DNA from: Podarcis melisellensis
Taxonomy: Eukaryota
Strand: one strand, 5' to 3'
Assembly: GCA_964234715.1 (NCBI GenBank)
Contig: OZ174275.1
Length of the DNA: 64,000 bases
The notes under the pieces are model-generated. The model was not told the origin of the DNA. It did not search any database and worked only from the letters and a program-made list of their open reading frames with translations. Position numbers and translations under genes: made by a program. Positions 11,406-24,162 of the stretch are shown in pieces; the stretch's first letter is position 1; each line of letters opens with the position of its first letter.

Positions 11406-11726
11406 ATACTGTATCTTCAGAGTGATCCCCCAAAAAAGGATGGGGTTTCAGGATCATTGCACAAAAGAATATACAGAAAGGACGTTTTTCACATATGATC
11501 TGCAACTGCCCATTGCCCTTAGTTTTTAGTTTTCAAAAATGATTACATTATGCACCTCCAAAATCCTTGCAGAGCTAAGTGTGATGCAGTTTGGCAGGCT
11601 CCAAACTTCAGCTACAAATGGCGTGTATTTGTAAGCTTTGGTGTGTCTCTTCTGCAACATTTCCATTCTTCACACTCCTCCGCTGGCATCGTCCTGCCTG
11701 ACAGTCAAATCAACTGTCACAGAAAG

Positions 11727-11977
11727 NNNNNNNNNNNNNNNNNNNNNNNNNNNNNNNNNNNNNNNNNNNNNNNNNNNNNNNNNNNNNNNNNNNNNNNNNN
11801 NNNNNNNNNNNNNNNNNNNNNNNNNNNNNNNNNNNNNNNNNNNNNNNNNNNNNNNNNNNNNNNNNNNNNNNNNNNNNNNNNNNNNNNNNNNNNNNNNNNN
11901 NNNNNNNNNNNNNNNNNNNNNNNNNNNNNNNNNNNNNNNNNNNNNNNNNNNNNNNNNNNNNNNNNNNNNNNNNNNNN
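11727..11977. other. N gap (251 nt)
   Basis: Run of N. Confidence 1.
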
Positions 11978-12854
11978 ATATTACTCGGTGTGCATATGCT
12001 GAAGTCATTAGGTTTTACACTGTGCTCAAATGATAGCGGGTTTCATATTCCCATTGAGTCGCTTTCAGTAGTCAATGCTTCTGGGTCAAGTCGCCTGACA
12101 TGGGGGTGATGCGTCTCAATACAGGGGATGAGAAAACTTCTTTAAGCAGCTTTGCACAATGACAAGTGCACTTCCCTCCACAGCTTTATTATGCAATATA
12201 AGCATCGGGTCATAGAACAGTCCGCAGTGTAGGGATCAAATAGAACTAAACTAAAAAAAAAAAAAAGATTTAAGGCTAAATTAGGTGATTTAAACATTTT
12301 CCTTTAAGCTTATACAAAATCCCCTAGCTATAAAATCCTGCATAATGCTCTCCTGGATTTATATGTAGTTGGCATATAAATTTTAACTACTTCAGAGCTG
12401 GCACTAGCTTTTAAGTGGAGAAGCTGCGTTAGTTGCTCAGGCAAACAGCTCAGGTGGCTCTGATTTAGTTAATTAACCTTCGTCAGCCAAATAAAAGAAA
12501 AGGGGGAGGGGATGAGGAAAGGCCCCTAAAACATTGCAAGTTCCCAAATAGATGGCTTAAAGTTTGCCTATTACTTGGCATGCGTCAAGCTAAATAAATT
12601 CGATAGCATAAGGGCGAGCAGTTAAAAACTAGAGATAAAGCCAATGAATTGGCTTGTAACTCACCCCAGATACTATTAAAAAAAGAAGGAGCCAGATATT
12701 CTCATATCCTATCCATTATTCAAGCAGCTTCTTCTGTTCCTGGGTGTCAGATGGGGAACTGATGAGTGTGTTCTGGTGAAGACAGTAAGCGGATGTTAAC
12801 TTCCCACTGAGAGAATTTCTCCAGGTCGTATAGAAAACGTTCTACTAATCATCC

Positions 12855-13125
12855 NNNNNNNNNNNNNNNNNNNNNNNNNNNNNNNNNNNNNNNNNNNNNN
12901 NNNNNNNNNNNNNNNNNNNNNNNNNNNNNNNNNNNNNNNNNNNNNNNNNNNNNNNNNNNNNNNNNNNNNNNNNNNNNNNNNNNNNNNNNNNNNNNNNNNN
13001 NNNNNNNNNNNNNNNNNNNNNNNNNNNNNNNNNNNNNNNNNNNNNNNNNNNNNNNNNNNNNNNNNNNNNNNNNNNNNNNNNNNNNNNNNNNNNNNNNNNN
13101 NNNNNNNNNNNNNNNNNNNNNNNNN
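12855..13125. other. N gap (271 nt)
   Basis: Run of N. Confidence 1.
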
Positions 13126-14659
13126 AATTTAACATTTCTCTTCTACCTTCTTTCCTAAGGGTGTCTTGTGATTTGTTATTCCAGTGCTGTGGCAACACTT
13201 AGTTACATACTGTAAATTGCCATGTTGCGGAATCGCCCAAAGTTTTTTAAATATAGGATTTAAAAAAAAAATGTGTGTCTTTATCTACTCCATCTATCCC
13301 AAAAGATAACAGAGTTAAATTGATTTCAAAAGAATAGTCAGCTGTTTCTACTGAATAAAAGAGCACAGTCAGGTGTATTTTACCCTTATTTTTATTTTTG
13401 AAAGAGTTACTAGAAGGCCAATCTGACACATAAGGGAGCCCACACAAAAATAAAAGAGTCATCCTGATAGATTCCTGAGACACAATTGCCTATTAATTTC
13501 AACACTGCATATTTTAATACATATTCACTTTCCACATGTCAATGTCATTAAATGATGGAGTGTCCATCTAGCAACGCTTGTTTGTATCCACAAACAATTT
13601 CAAGTGGTAAAGAAAAGGATGTGCTAGCTTGCTCCATTGATTAAACAAAGTACCTGGGCCCCATCACTTATCCCATTCCCTTTGATTAATTATTTTATAG
13701 GTTCAATTTCGCTATGATTTTGGATTAAAATTAATGATCAGGTGGTGCCAGGAGATAAGTGGAAAGCAATGGCAGAAGGGTCAAAGCTGGCTTTTAGCTT
13801 AATATTTTGCACATGAAGCTCCTCAATACAATATTTTGGCGATACTCTTATTTCCTTAATAGTGCTAATCTAATTACTGTAGTATGTAAAAACAGACAAA
13901 GGAGGTGTACAGTTATGATTTATGAAGAGGCGCATTGACCTTTTCTAGTTTAAATACCTTTGTTGGTGTCACTGGTGCAATCAAATTCTATTGGAACTGA
14001 TGACAAGCACTGCTGGCATTTATATTTTCAATAAATAATGGAATAACCCAAACAATTTATTTGGAAATAATGTCTTGGGAGAAGGCTGATAATGCTCTCG
14101 CCCTTTAAATCTTGTTTTTCTTTTTCTTTTTAAAGCCTTCCATTCTTGTGACTTGTGTTCTGGATTCCTTTAGTTTTTAGTGGGCAAAAATCTATAAACC
14201 ACTTACTCTGCTTTCAGAACCTAACAGGGAGAGCAGCCACTTGGGGGAGAGATTTGGAGTAGAGAAATGAGGAAAGAACGAGCTAAACGATCTTCCCTTT
14301 ATTCTGTACCTACCCAAGTGGATTTTCATTTAAAAGCAAATAATGTCGAAGCTACTTTGCACATGTGTGTGATACATGTAGCTAAGTCTTTAGAATGTAG
14401 AACCCTCCACTCTACATAAACTCAAAGTCTTTTTCAGGGAAACGGTACCCCATATAGAATGTTGACTAACTGTTAGGTAGGAGGAGGAAGAAAGAAAACT
14501 GGGGAGGAGAGGTAGAGTGGAATGACATTTTGTTACAGATCTCACTTGTGAATTTTGAATTGGCAAAGAATTATTCCATGGAGATCTGCAGATTCAGAAT
14601 GAGAAGATACAAATAAACTGCAAGATTCCTGCTGTGTATTTTGTCTATACCTAGTCAGT

Positions 14660-15060
14660 ATAAAGGAAGACTGATCACCGAAGAATTGATGCTTTTGAAT
14701 TATGGTGCTGGAGGAGACTCTTGAGAGTCCCATGGACTGCAAGAAGATCAAACCTATCCATTCTGAAGGAAATCAACCCTGAGTGCTCACGGGAAGGACA
14801 GATCGTGAAGTTGAGGCTCCAATACTTTGGCCACCTCATGAGAAAAGAAGACTCCCTGGAAAAGACCCTGATGTTGGGAAAGATGGAGGGCACAAGGAGA
14901 AGGGGACGACAGAGGACGAGATGGTTGAACAGTGTTCTCAAAGCTACCAACATGAGTTTGAGGAAACCACGGGAGGCAGTGGAAGACAGGAGTGCCTGGC
15001 GTGCTCTGGTCCATGGGGTCAGGAAGGGTCGGACACGGCTAAACGACTAAACAACAACAA
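14660..15060 (+). mobile_element. Bov-B (RTE clade) LINE, 5'-truncated 3' fragment
   Basis: ORF 14721-15050 RVPWTARRSNLSILKEINPECS...LQYFGHLMR...EKTLMLGKMEGTRRRGRQRTRWL...WRALVHGV is the RTE RT C-terminus; (CAA)n tail. Confidence 0.95.
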
Positions 15061-15935
15061 GTAATATAAAGCACCATTTAGAAACAGGTGATAAACTGAT
15101 TTCAGTAGTTTTATGATTACATTGGGCATGCTTTTAGTGAGAAGATGACTGTCTTGCTTATGCACTTGTCCAAGGGCCAAATCTGTGTTCTGCTGGCTGT
15201 GTTTCTTTTTGCTGGCTCTTTTAATACTGCTTTCATCAGAGCCCACTTCTGTTTTTTTAACCTGTGTGCTCTCTGTAATCCATATCTCACAGAAGGCCAT
15301 ATATTTAAATTAAAACTCTTTATTAATCTAATTGATTGTATGAAATGCATATGTAAGAGGATTGTGTTTTTGTTTTTTAAAAACCCTCTCAGACACCGTG
15401 GTTCGATATCTATCGTGAAATATTAAAAGCAACTTGTGGAAAACTGGAAAGCAGATGACACTTTGGGACTGGAGGAAAAGTAGATTTTAAAGTAACATGG
15501 GCACACAATTATTGCAATCTGTCATTAAGTGGCTCTAATGTGTGCCTACCATTTCACAGGAAGTTTTGAATTTGTATCAAAACTAGTGGGGGTGGGATTT
15601 AGGGAAGTAGATTCTTCAAGAACTCAAAACTTTTGCTATTAATCAGACAAGAAAGTGGCTAAAAAAATCCCCCTTTCTTATTAATACTAGTTTCCAGGAC
15701 TCTCCAGTGAAGTCAGATGTTAGTATATTCTGGGAAGCACTTCACAGAACACATACTTAGAATTATGGAATTGGTTACCCCAAAAAAGAATAACTTCCAC
15801 CAGTTTGTATGGCTTTAAAAGAGGGTTGTACATATTCAACGTTATTATCATTTGATTAATTTATTGATCTCTTTTGCAAGGCCATTTAAAATCATACAAT
15901 AGAAAGAACTAAAGATAGGTTTTTAAATAATGTAA

Positions 15936-15936
<1 letters not shown>

Positions 15937-15982
<46 letters not shown>
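15937..15982 (+). repeat. (TAA)n microsatellite
   Basis: About 15 tandem TAA units. Confidence 0.95.
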
Positions 15983-15983
<1 letters not shown>

Positions 15984-17245
15984 TAAAACTTGGTTTGAAA
16001 GCAAACAAGCATTCATGACAGAGGGACCCAGTATTTTATCTCTGAAAAAGATATTATTTTACCCCAACTAAAAAAGCTGGACTGTTTTGAGACTCTGATG
16101 TGGTGAAAAGGGGGGATAGGAGTTTTTAAAATAAACAAATAAACAAAATATTCTGCAATTGTTTCAGGCGACTACAAATAGTAGATATCCCACTGCTTTC
16201 ACTAGGTTTGATTATGCCCATTTTATTTATGGTTTAAGTACTGTGAGGCAATGATGTGCATTGAATACAAAATAAATGGAAGAATGAACATCACTGAGAA
16301 ATTTAAAATGTTCAGGATTACATAGGAACAATTTTTTGGTGGAGGAATGGTAGTTTGGAAAAATCAACATTACAGAGCTGTTTCTCTTTTCCAATATATA
16401 ATTAAAAACTGGTCCACTTAGAAAGTGACCAGTTGTTATTAGAATAATCACGGATCATTGTCAGTGATAGAGGGCCAGACATTATTCTACTAATAGACTG
16501 TGTGAAGCCACTATTGAAATTTTGGGTAGTAATCTACAACCACAGAGTAATGTGCTTACTGAGTAACATACAGGCTCAAACATTTCTTGGAAGAGTGATG
16601 AATTTGCAAAACCTTTTTGCTCACTCACTGTTTTTCAACAGCATCAGTTGCTTCTAACTCATGAGTTGAAAAATTACTCCTAACAGCATCCAGTTTATTT
16701 GTTGGTTGCCTTCGTTTTGGTTCCTTGCCACTACTGAATGCTAGCTGGCATTCTGACAAACTATTTTCAGTAAGTTATACTTCATGTGATGTTAATGTGG
16801 GTTTGTTTATTCATATTTATCAAGGGGATCACAATTTGTTGAAACAATTGGTTCCAGGAATAAGCTTTCATGATCTCCTTGGAAGAACGTTTGGCAACCT
16901 CATCCCATTTAGAAAAAAAGAAACTTTTTTAAAAAAACACTTTTTTAAAAAAGAAAAGCTCCAATAAGCCATTTCCATGCTTTGTCAACACTCCTCTTAA
17001 TGGATCGATTTACATAGGCCCATATGCCCACATCTTCTTCTCAAGCTCTGAAGTACATGAAAAGAAAGGAGTAGAGTTACAGCTGGCCTTGAATGATGAG
17101 TTGCACACTGGAATATGAGTATGTATTGACATGCTGCATCCCCAGCTAACCAGCATATGGGCTGGATTTATGAACCTCTTGCTGGCTCAGATTGAAATAC
17201 TTATTGATATTGTGCCCATAGGAAATACTGGTTCAATGGGTATAA

Positions 17246-17722
17246 ATGATGGCCACTGGTTCCATCACCTCCTGGCAAATAGAAGGGGAAGAAATGGAGG
17301 CAGTGAGAGGTTTTACTTTCTTGGGCTCCATGATCACTGCAGATGGTGACAGCAGTCATGAAATTAAAAGACGCCTGCTCCTTGGGAGAAAAGCGATGAC
17401 AAATCTAGCCAGCATCTTAAAAAGCAGAGACATCACTTTGCCGACAAAGGTCTGTATAGTTAAAGCTATGGTTTTCCCAGTAGTGATGTATGGAAGTGAG
17501 AGCTGGACCATAAAGAAGGCTGATCGCCGAAGAATTGATGCTTTTGAATTATGGTGCTGGAGGAGACTCTTGAGAGTCCCATGGACTGCAAGAAGATCAA
17601 ACCTATCCATTCTGAAGGAAGCTGCGGGAGGCAGTGGAAGATAGGAGTGCCAGGTGTGCTCTGGTCCATGGGATCATGAAGAGTCAGACACTACTAAACG
17701 ACTAAACAACAACAACAACAAC
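17246..17722 (+). mobile_element. Bov-B LINE 3' fragment with ~194-bp internal deletion
   Basis: ORF MATGSITSWQIEGEEMEAV..FTFLGS..EIKRRLLLGRKAM..YGSESWTIKK..; at 17620/17621 it jumps from CTGAAGGAA to GCTGCGGGAGG relative to the other two copies; (CAA)n tail. Confidence 0.95.
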
Positions 17723-17737
17723 CATCCATTAGCAGAC

Positions 17738-17766
17738 TGTGTTTGTGTGTGTGTGTGTGTGTGTGT
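17738..17766 (+). repeat. (TG)n microsatellite
   Basis: Tandem TG. Confidence 0.9.
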
Positions 17767-19213
17767 AAACCTTGATTGACATATAGCATCAATAACTAAA
17801 ACACATTCAGTCATACATAGGAGTCTGTGAACCTTTCTAAAGATTAGGGATTTTACACTGGCAAAGATCTGATGCCTTTCTAACTGTCCAATTTGACCAC
17901 TGTAAAGCTTTTTACATAGAGCTGTTCTTGAAGAGTGCTCGGGAACTTCAGGAAGTACAAGCTGTATCAGAATATCATTTGTTGGAAAGAGGATCTAGGA
18001 TTTGACCCATAACTGAAAGGAACTGTACTGGCTACCAATTGAGGCCAAGCATAATGTTACACTCAACTAGGGATGTATGAACCAGACTTTTTCTGATCTG
18101 TGTCACTTTTGAATGTGTTCAGCCATTAGTCCCATCCATCCTGCTTCCTCATTAATTTTTTAAGATGTTATTTTAAGGTGAACTTTTTTTCTCTGTGGGG
18201 AAAGTTCTGATTCCTGTCTAATTTGTTTCTAGGCAGAATTCCTGGGACCAGCTTGATCAAGGATCGTCCAGGAAAAACACTTGGGGGACTATATGCATAG
18301 CCTGATGTCAGCAAATCTGAATTCATCTTCCAGTCAATATGATAACATTTCTAAAGACTCTCATACTTCCATTTCAAAACAAGGAGTTAAGAATGGGCAA
18401 AACATTAAAGAGTTATTGTTAACATCCTATTGGGGGTGAGGGCAGCCTGGGAGGTTCACAATGCACACTTCTGAATTCAAGATATAAAACAAGGGCATGT
18501 TTCTTGTGACTCTGTATACTGTCCAAGCAACCTTATTTGCTTCTCATATTTTTTTGGGGGGGAGGCCACAAAAACAGCTGCTTGTCAAGGGTGCAAGAGA
18601 CCTTAGGTACACTTCTAAGCCCAACATATTAGATTTGTAGCTCCTAATCATCTTACTTTTAATGGTTTCTTTCAATGTTTCCTTGCTTTGTCATCTCAAA
18701 CATTCTTCACAGAGCACTGCCCAAATAAATTCTATAACTTCCTGCGGTGACTTCAGACTATTTGAAAATTATATTAGCCCTCAAGTATCTAAAAATTCTA
18801 ATAAAGATTCTCTGATGTGTCATTTTATTTTCTCAGATATACACCCTAGTGTCCCGTCAATTTTAAAACTCTCCTGTGTTTAAAATAGCCAGTTTTAAAT
18901 GTCACGTTTCTTTGTTTTCATATCTGTACAACAGACAATAGTTGTATTCAAGTAACAAATAAGGTCTACACATATTTTCTAATTCCACTCCACTTCTCTG
19001 ATATTTCCCCCTTTATATCTACAATCTGCTTTTTATTTCGTGATAATGACAGATCATTATTAGAAAAGCATCAAGATATGCTGCTCCATGTTCTGGAATT
19101 GAATTAATTTGGAGCCTATTCCATTTTTGCATAATGATAAAGCTGTTCACTCACTTTTCTGCATTTCCATTGTCCAAGTATTTCCAAGCAAAGAAGGGAA
19201 CGCATATAGTTTT

Positions 19214-19404
19214 AAATAGGTACTGCTCTGGCAGAAAGGTAAACGGTGTTTCCGTGCGCTGCTCTGGTTCGCCAGAAGTGGCTTAGTCATTCTGGCCCCA
19301 TGACCTGGAAGCTGTATGTCGGCTCCCTCGGCCAATAAAGCGAGATGAGCACTGCAACCCTCGTCATCCATGACTGTACATAATGGTCAGGGGTCCCTTT
19401 ACCT
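19214..19404 (+). mobile_element. Sauria SINE, 5'-truncated
   Basis: AAATAGGTAC...CCAGAAGTGGCTTAGTCAT...TAATGGTCAGGGGTCCCTTTACCT. Confidence 0.9.
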
Positions 19405-19726
19405 AATTATAATTATGGGGTACATCCAGTAACTTTCTGGAGACTGTCATATGCAAACACTTTAATGAAATCACATGCTTGTTACTATTCTGTTATAGCA
19501 AGCTTTACCAAGTATTCAATATTGTGGTATATTTAATCAAACAATTTTTTAAATGTGTTTAGAAACTCAGTAATGACTATTAAAGCTGAACAGTAGCTAA
19601 TAAAATTAACTATAATAGTGACAACAATACTCTGTAATTAGTGGAGTGAGCAAAAATGCCACAACAGCTTAAAGTCACATGTTTTATTACTTCTGAGGTC
19701 TGTTTCCAGTTGTTCTCTTTCCATTA

Positions 19727-19736
19727 ATTATTATTA

Positions 19737-19770
<34 letters not shown>
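19727..19770 (+). repeat. (TAT)n microsatellite
   Basis: Tandem TAT with one interruption. Confidence 0.9.
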
Positions 19771-19772
<2 letters not shown>

Positions 19773-20280
19773 AATTCTGGGATCTCACATGTATTTCTCT
19801 AACAAGCTGGAATAGCTGCAAGAGATTACATCGCATTCTTTCCACTTGAGGAGCTGCAAAGAGTATGCACACATGAACTTCTGAATATCTGAAACATGCC
19901 TATGTTATGTAGCTTTTCAACAACTCAAAGTGAGTTTCTTTATTCCATTTCATCCAGTATTAAGACAGTGGTGGCAATCATAAACAACACAAACTGATAT
20001 AGCCAGAAACATTTTTATTTTCAAAGTACTCCCTCCCCGAGTTTTTGTATAGGATGATGAATTTTGCACAAGCAACTTTGCACAATAACCAATGGAAAGT
20101 TGGGATATTGAATAAGTAAGCATGAAATCTCCATCCACAAGCAGAATGGACACCATTGGTGGAACAGGCTCCTACTCCCACTGCCACCCTAAGTCTTCTT
20201 TAGGGGATCCTCCAGAACATTTTCTTTGGGTGGTATGGGGCTGCCACATTGTATGTGAATAAGCATTTCACATTGCATAA

Positions 20281-20631
20281 AAAGGTAAAGGTAAAGGACC
20301 CCTGACAGTTAAGTACAGTCGCAAATGACTCTGGGGTTACGGCGCTCATCTCACTTTACTGGCGAAGGGAGCCGACGTTTGTCCGCAGTTTTTTCTGGGT
20401 CATGTGGCCAGCATGACTAAGCTGCTTCTGGCAAAACCAGAGCAGCGCATGGAAACGCCGTTTATCTTCCTGCTGGAGCGGTACCTATTTATCTACTTGC
20501 ACTTTGACGTGCTTTCGAACTGCTAGGTTGGCAGGAGCTGGAACCGAGCAACGGGAGCTCACCCCGTTGTGGGGATTCGAACCGCCGACCTTCTGATCGG
20601 CAAGCCCTAGGCTCTGCGGTTTAGACCACAG
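20281..20631 (-). mobile_element. Sauria SINE, near full length
   Basis: Starts AAAGGTAAAGGTAAAGGACCCC (reverse complement of the tail); contains the B box as reverse complement GGATTCGAACC; many CpGs retained, so relatively young. Confidence 0.93.
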
Positions 20632-22104
20632 AATAGTTGTGTGCAATTACTGGCATGATCACTTTGACAAAGGCAGGCAGAATGGCAATCAAGTGGGAGA
20701 AGAAGAATCAGCTTCTACTGCATCACATTATCAGAGACTGAGACGGTTATGAGTGGGAAAGCCTGTATATTTCGGCACAGTGATGAGTAGTTGCCTCGGT
20801 GCAGAAATATTCCCCTAATAGGTATGACAAAGCACCAGTACCATACTAGCATTTTTTGTATTTCCACTTCAAACAGTAAATCCGACTGAATTTACCTAAT
20901 ACTTCAATAATCCAATTATAACACTTTACTAGCACAAACCATCAGCACATAAGCCCCAGAGTCTTTTAAATTAGGACTGTGTCGAGCTGCTCACCAAAGA
21001 TTCACTTCAAACTCTGACAGGGGACAAGTTCCCCAAAGTTCAGGGAGGTTTCATTCTTCGATTCATTGCCACGCTATCCATCTAGCAAGAATTACTTCGT
21101 CGACGTGACTTAACAAGAGTGGCCCAGTGAATCTCAGAGAAATCCCGCCAGGACTGCTGTAACTTACCAAAAGCCGGTGAAAACATGCAAGAGTACATTT
21201 CACTTTCGGTTCTAAGTGGTTTACTTCTTCTTTTCTTGACACAGAAACTTAGCAGTAATAGCAAATTTGAAGATCGACATCCAAAATGTAATGACAACAG
21301 CCTATTTGTGCTAAACATGGTGTGATCTAAAACACAAATAGCCAGCGTTATTCAATTCAGCATGATTTAGTGTGCGTAAGCAGGGCTTCATTTATCTTTG
21401 CACGGTCATATGACTGCCTTTTACTCCCTTCAACCATAAATCTACACTTGATGATGGCAGTTCTTGCATATCAATCTACCTCCATTTTTTTCTACGTGTA
21501 GTATTTATTTAATGGATCAAGGGGACTATCCTTCAAGGAAAATGGGATATTTTATTCACAATTAGGTCATTAATATGTCAGTAAAGTAACTTTCCATCAA
21601 AGAATGGGAAAATAAATCTTAAATGAGATTTACATTTATACGGACCTGTTAATAAGGAACAGCTCTCTGCTTTTTCTTTTTTAAAATTACCTTGGTTTCA
21701 GCCTTATCCTCAGCAAAGTATTTTGCCCCCCACACCATTAATCTTCAGGGGAGAAGTTGTGCATTACTCTGAATGCAGTGATAGCTCTTTGATAAATTTA
21801 GGAGGGCATGATAGAAGTTCAAGAATTTTGAATGGAGGACAAGGGACACAGTGCACTTAAAGTACATATTGTTTTTTGTTTGTTTGTTTAAAAATGTGTG
21901 CATGTTTTCTCCTTGCACTTTAGCCAAAAAAGGCTCCCAGAGCAGATTATAGTTCAGTAAAAACAAGACTGTCATTGTCTTCAGGCTTACAGTCAGGTAC
22001 CAGCTCCTACCTACAAGTTCTTCTAATAGCCAGCTGGGGTGGAAATGGTTAAAATCAAAAGTTGCAGGTCTTCCAACTGCACCAAGGGTGTGGTGGCTGC
22101 ATCC

Positions 22105-22150
22105 CTTCTCTTCTCTTCTCTTCTCTTCTCTTCTCTTCTCTTCTCTTCTC
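22105..22150 (+). repeat. (TCTTC)n pentanucleotide microsatellite
   Basis: Tandem TTCTC units. Confidence 0.95.
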
Positions 22151-22353
22151 TTCTCTCCTCTCCTCTCCTCTGCTACAGCTTCAGCTGTAAATTTGAAATA
22201 AACATGCTATACAGGCCAATCATATACTTTTCCTTAGGGTGTCCCTATTTTCATTGGAGAAATGTTGGAAGATATGGAGTTATTTGACCCCTGAGCTGTC
22301 TGAAGGCAATCCTGTATAGGAAAGAGTTTTTTTTTAAAAAAAATGTTTATTAT

Positions 22354-22656
22354 GGAGTGAGCTCCCATTGCTCTGTCCCAGCTCCTGCCAATCCAGCTAT
22401 TCAAAAGCACGCCAGTGCAAGTAGAGAAATAGGTACCGGTGCAGGTAAATAGCATTTCCGTGCGCTCTGGCTTCTGTCGCGGTGTCCTGTTGCACCAGAA
22501 GCAGTTTAGTCGTGCTGGACACATAACCCAGAAAGCTGTCTGTGGACAAACACCAGCCCCCTCAGCCTGAAAAGTGAGATGAGTGCCACAACCCCATAGT
22601 TGCCTTTGACGGGAGTTAACCATCCAGGGGTCCTTTACCTACCTACCTACCTTTAC
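22354..22656 (+). mobile_element. Sauria SINE (longer subfamily), 5'-truncated
   Basis: GTGAGCTCCCATTGCTCTGTCCCAGCTCCTGCCAA...CCAGGGGTCCTTTACCTACCTACCTACCTTTAC. Confidence 0.9.
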
Positions 22657-23388
22657 TGTTTACTGCTTACATGATACAGAAGTTAAGATAGGTACTTTAG
22701 GTTAACTATTTCTATGTGTATGTCTATAATATAAATATATATATGCTAATGGCTATCAATCTACTCAAAGGTTCAGGCATTACACAAGGCATATTAAATG
22801 TTTTGAAAATGTGTGCCTTCAATGACCCCCTAGGGACAGTAGATGTCACTTCATTTAATTCGCATTGGCATGGCATATACAACTCAGTTTAGATGGGGGG
22901 AAATTCCTCTGTTACTGTGGCCTAATTACATTATCAGATATTAAGTAGAAACCATAAACCACAAGATGGGAATTAAACCTTCAGTGGTTACTTTTAAAGT
23001 TTTGTTTGCACTGGTGCCAGATACCAATCATGAAACGAGATACCACAAAAATATCTGAACACCGAAACCTCTTGCAATAAATTAAAGAAGAAAAGCCCAG
23101 CAATATGCTCAGGTAAATTTTAGTGCCTCGAAACAAAGTAAAAAATAGGCACACGAATGCTGCCACACCAGCAAAAGTGAGTGAGTTGAATGTCAAGGCT
23201 CACTGGATTAAGGAGGCAGAGCCCACAAAAAAATAAGAACGCTCTGTTGATCTGAGGTGCACAGCTATTATTAAATGTGCAAATCACCTGCTGCCAAGCA
23301 ATGCACTCATAACTAACCCCCACTGATCAACAAAAGCCAGAGTAAAGCTATGCTGTAAATCAGAGAGCAGAAAAATAATCTACATGTG

Positions 23389-23713
23389 CAGGGCCAGATT
23401 TTGGTTTGATGAGGCCCTAAGCTATTGAAGGTAATGGGGCCCTTTATATGTCCAGCTGTCCTTTGTCAACAACAAATTGTCACTGTTTTTTGTGTTGAAT
23501 ATATGCTATATGGTAATTTATGGACCTAATAGGTATCTAAAGCCATTTGCCACTGTTGCTGTATGTAGGTTTTATTTTATTTGTTTTTTCCCCCTTATAT
23601 TTTGGAAATAGACATTCAGTGTTGTTGTTTTTCATATAAAATTTTTTGGGGCCCCCCAAGAGAGTGGGGCTCTAAGCTATAGTTTGTTTAGCTTATACGT
23701 AAATCCGGCACTG
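23389..23713 (+). mobile_element. hAT-type MITE (325 bp), internally deleted copy of the 32854-33346 element
   Basis: TIRs CAGGGCCAGATTT / AAATCCGGCACTG; perfect 8-bp TSD TACATGTG (23381-23388 / 23714-23721). Confidence 0.92.
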
Positions 23714-23841
23714 TACATGTGGAAATATTAAGCCACATACCTTAGGTGAAAGCACTCATTATATGCTTAATATGGTCACAGAACTAAACATGCAGAATAC
23801 TTTCTGGAAAACAGATTCACATTTTCAAGATGGGTAACAAA

Positions 23842-24162
23842 AAGGGCTCAGCAACCTTTTCCAGCAGGGGGCCGGTCCACTGTCCCTCAGAGCTTGTGGA
23901 GGGCCCGACTATATTTTGAAAAAAAATAAATGAACAAATTCCTATGTCCCACAAATAACCCAGACATGCATTTTAAATAAAAGCACACATTCTACTCATG
24001 TAAAAACACCAGGCAGGCCCCACCAATAACCAAGATGCATTTTAAAGAAAAGGACACCTTCTACTCATGTAAAAACATGCTGATTCCCGGACTGTCAACG
24101 GGCTGGATTTAGAAGGCAACTGGGCTGCATCTGGTTCCTGAGCCTTAGGTTGCCTACCCATG
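23842..24162 (+). mobile_element. hAT-Charlie-like MITE with internal ~60-70 bp tandem duplication
   Basis: Ends AGGGCTCAGCAACC / GGTTGCCTACCCATG; near-TSD GGTAACA(A/T); unit AATAACC..ATGCATTTTAAA..CTACTCATGTAAAAACA present twice. Confidence 0.75.
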
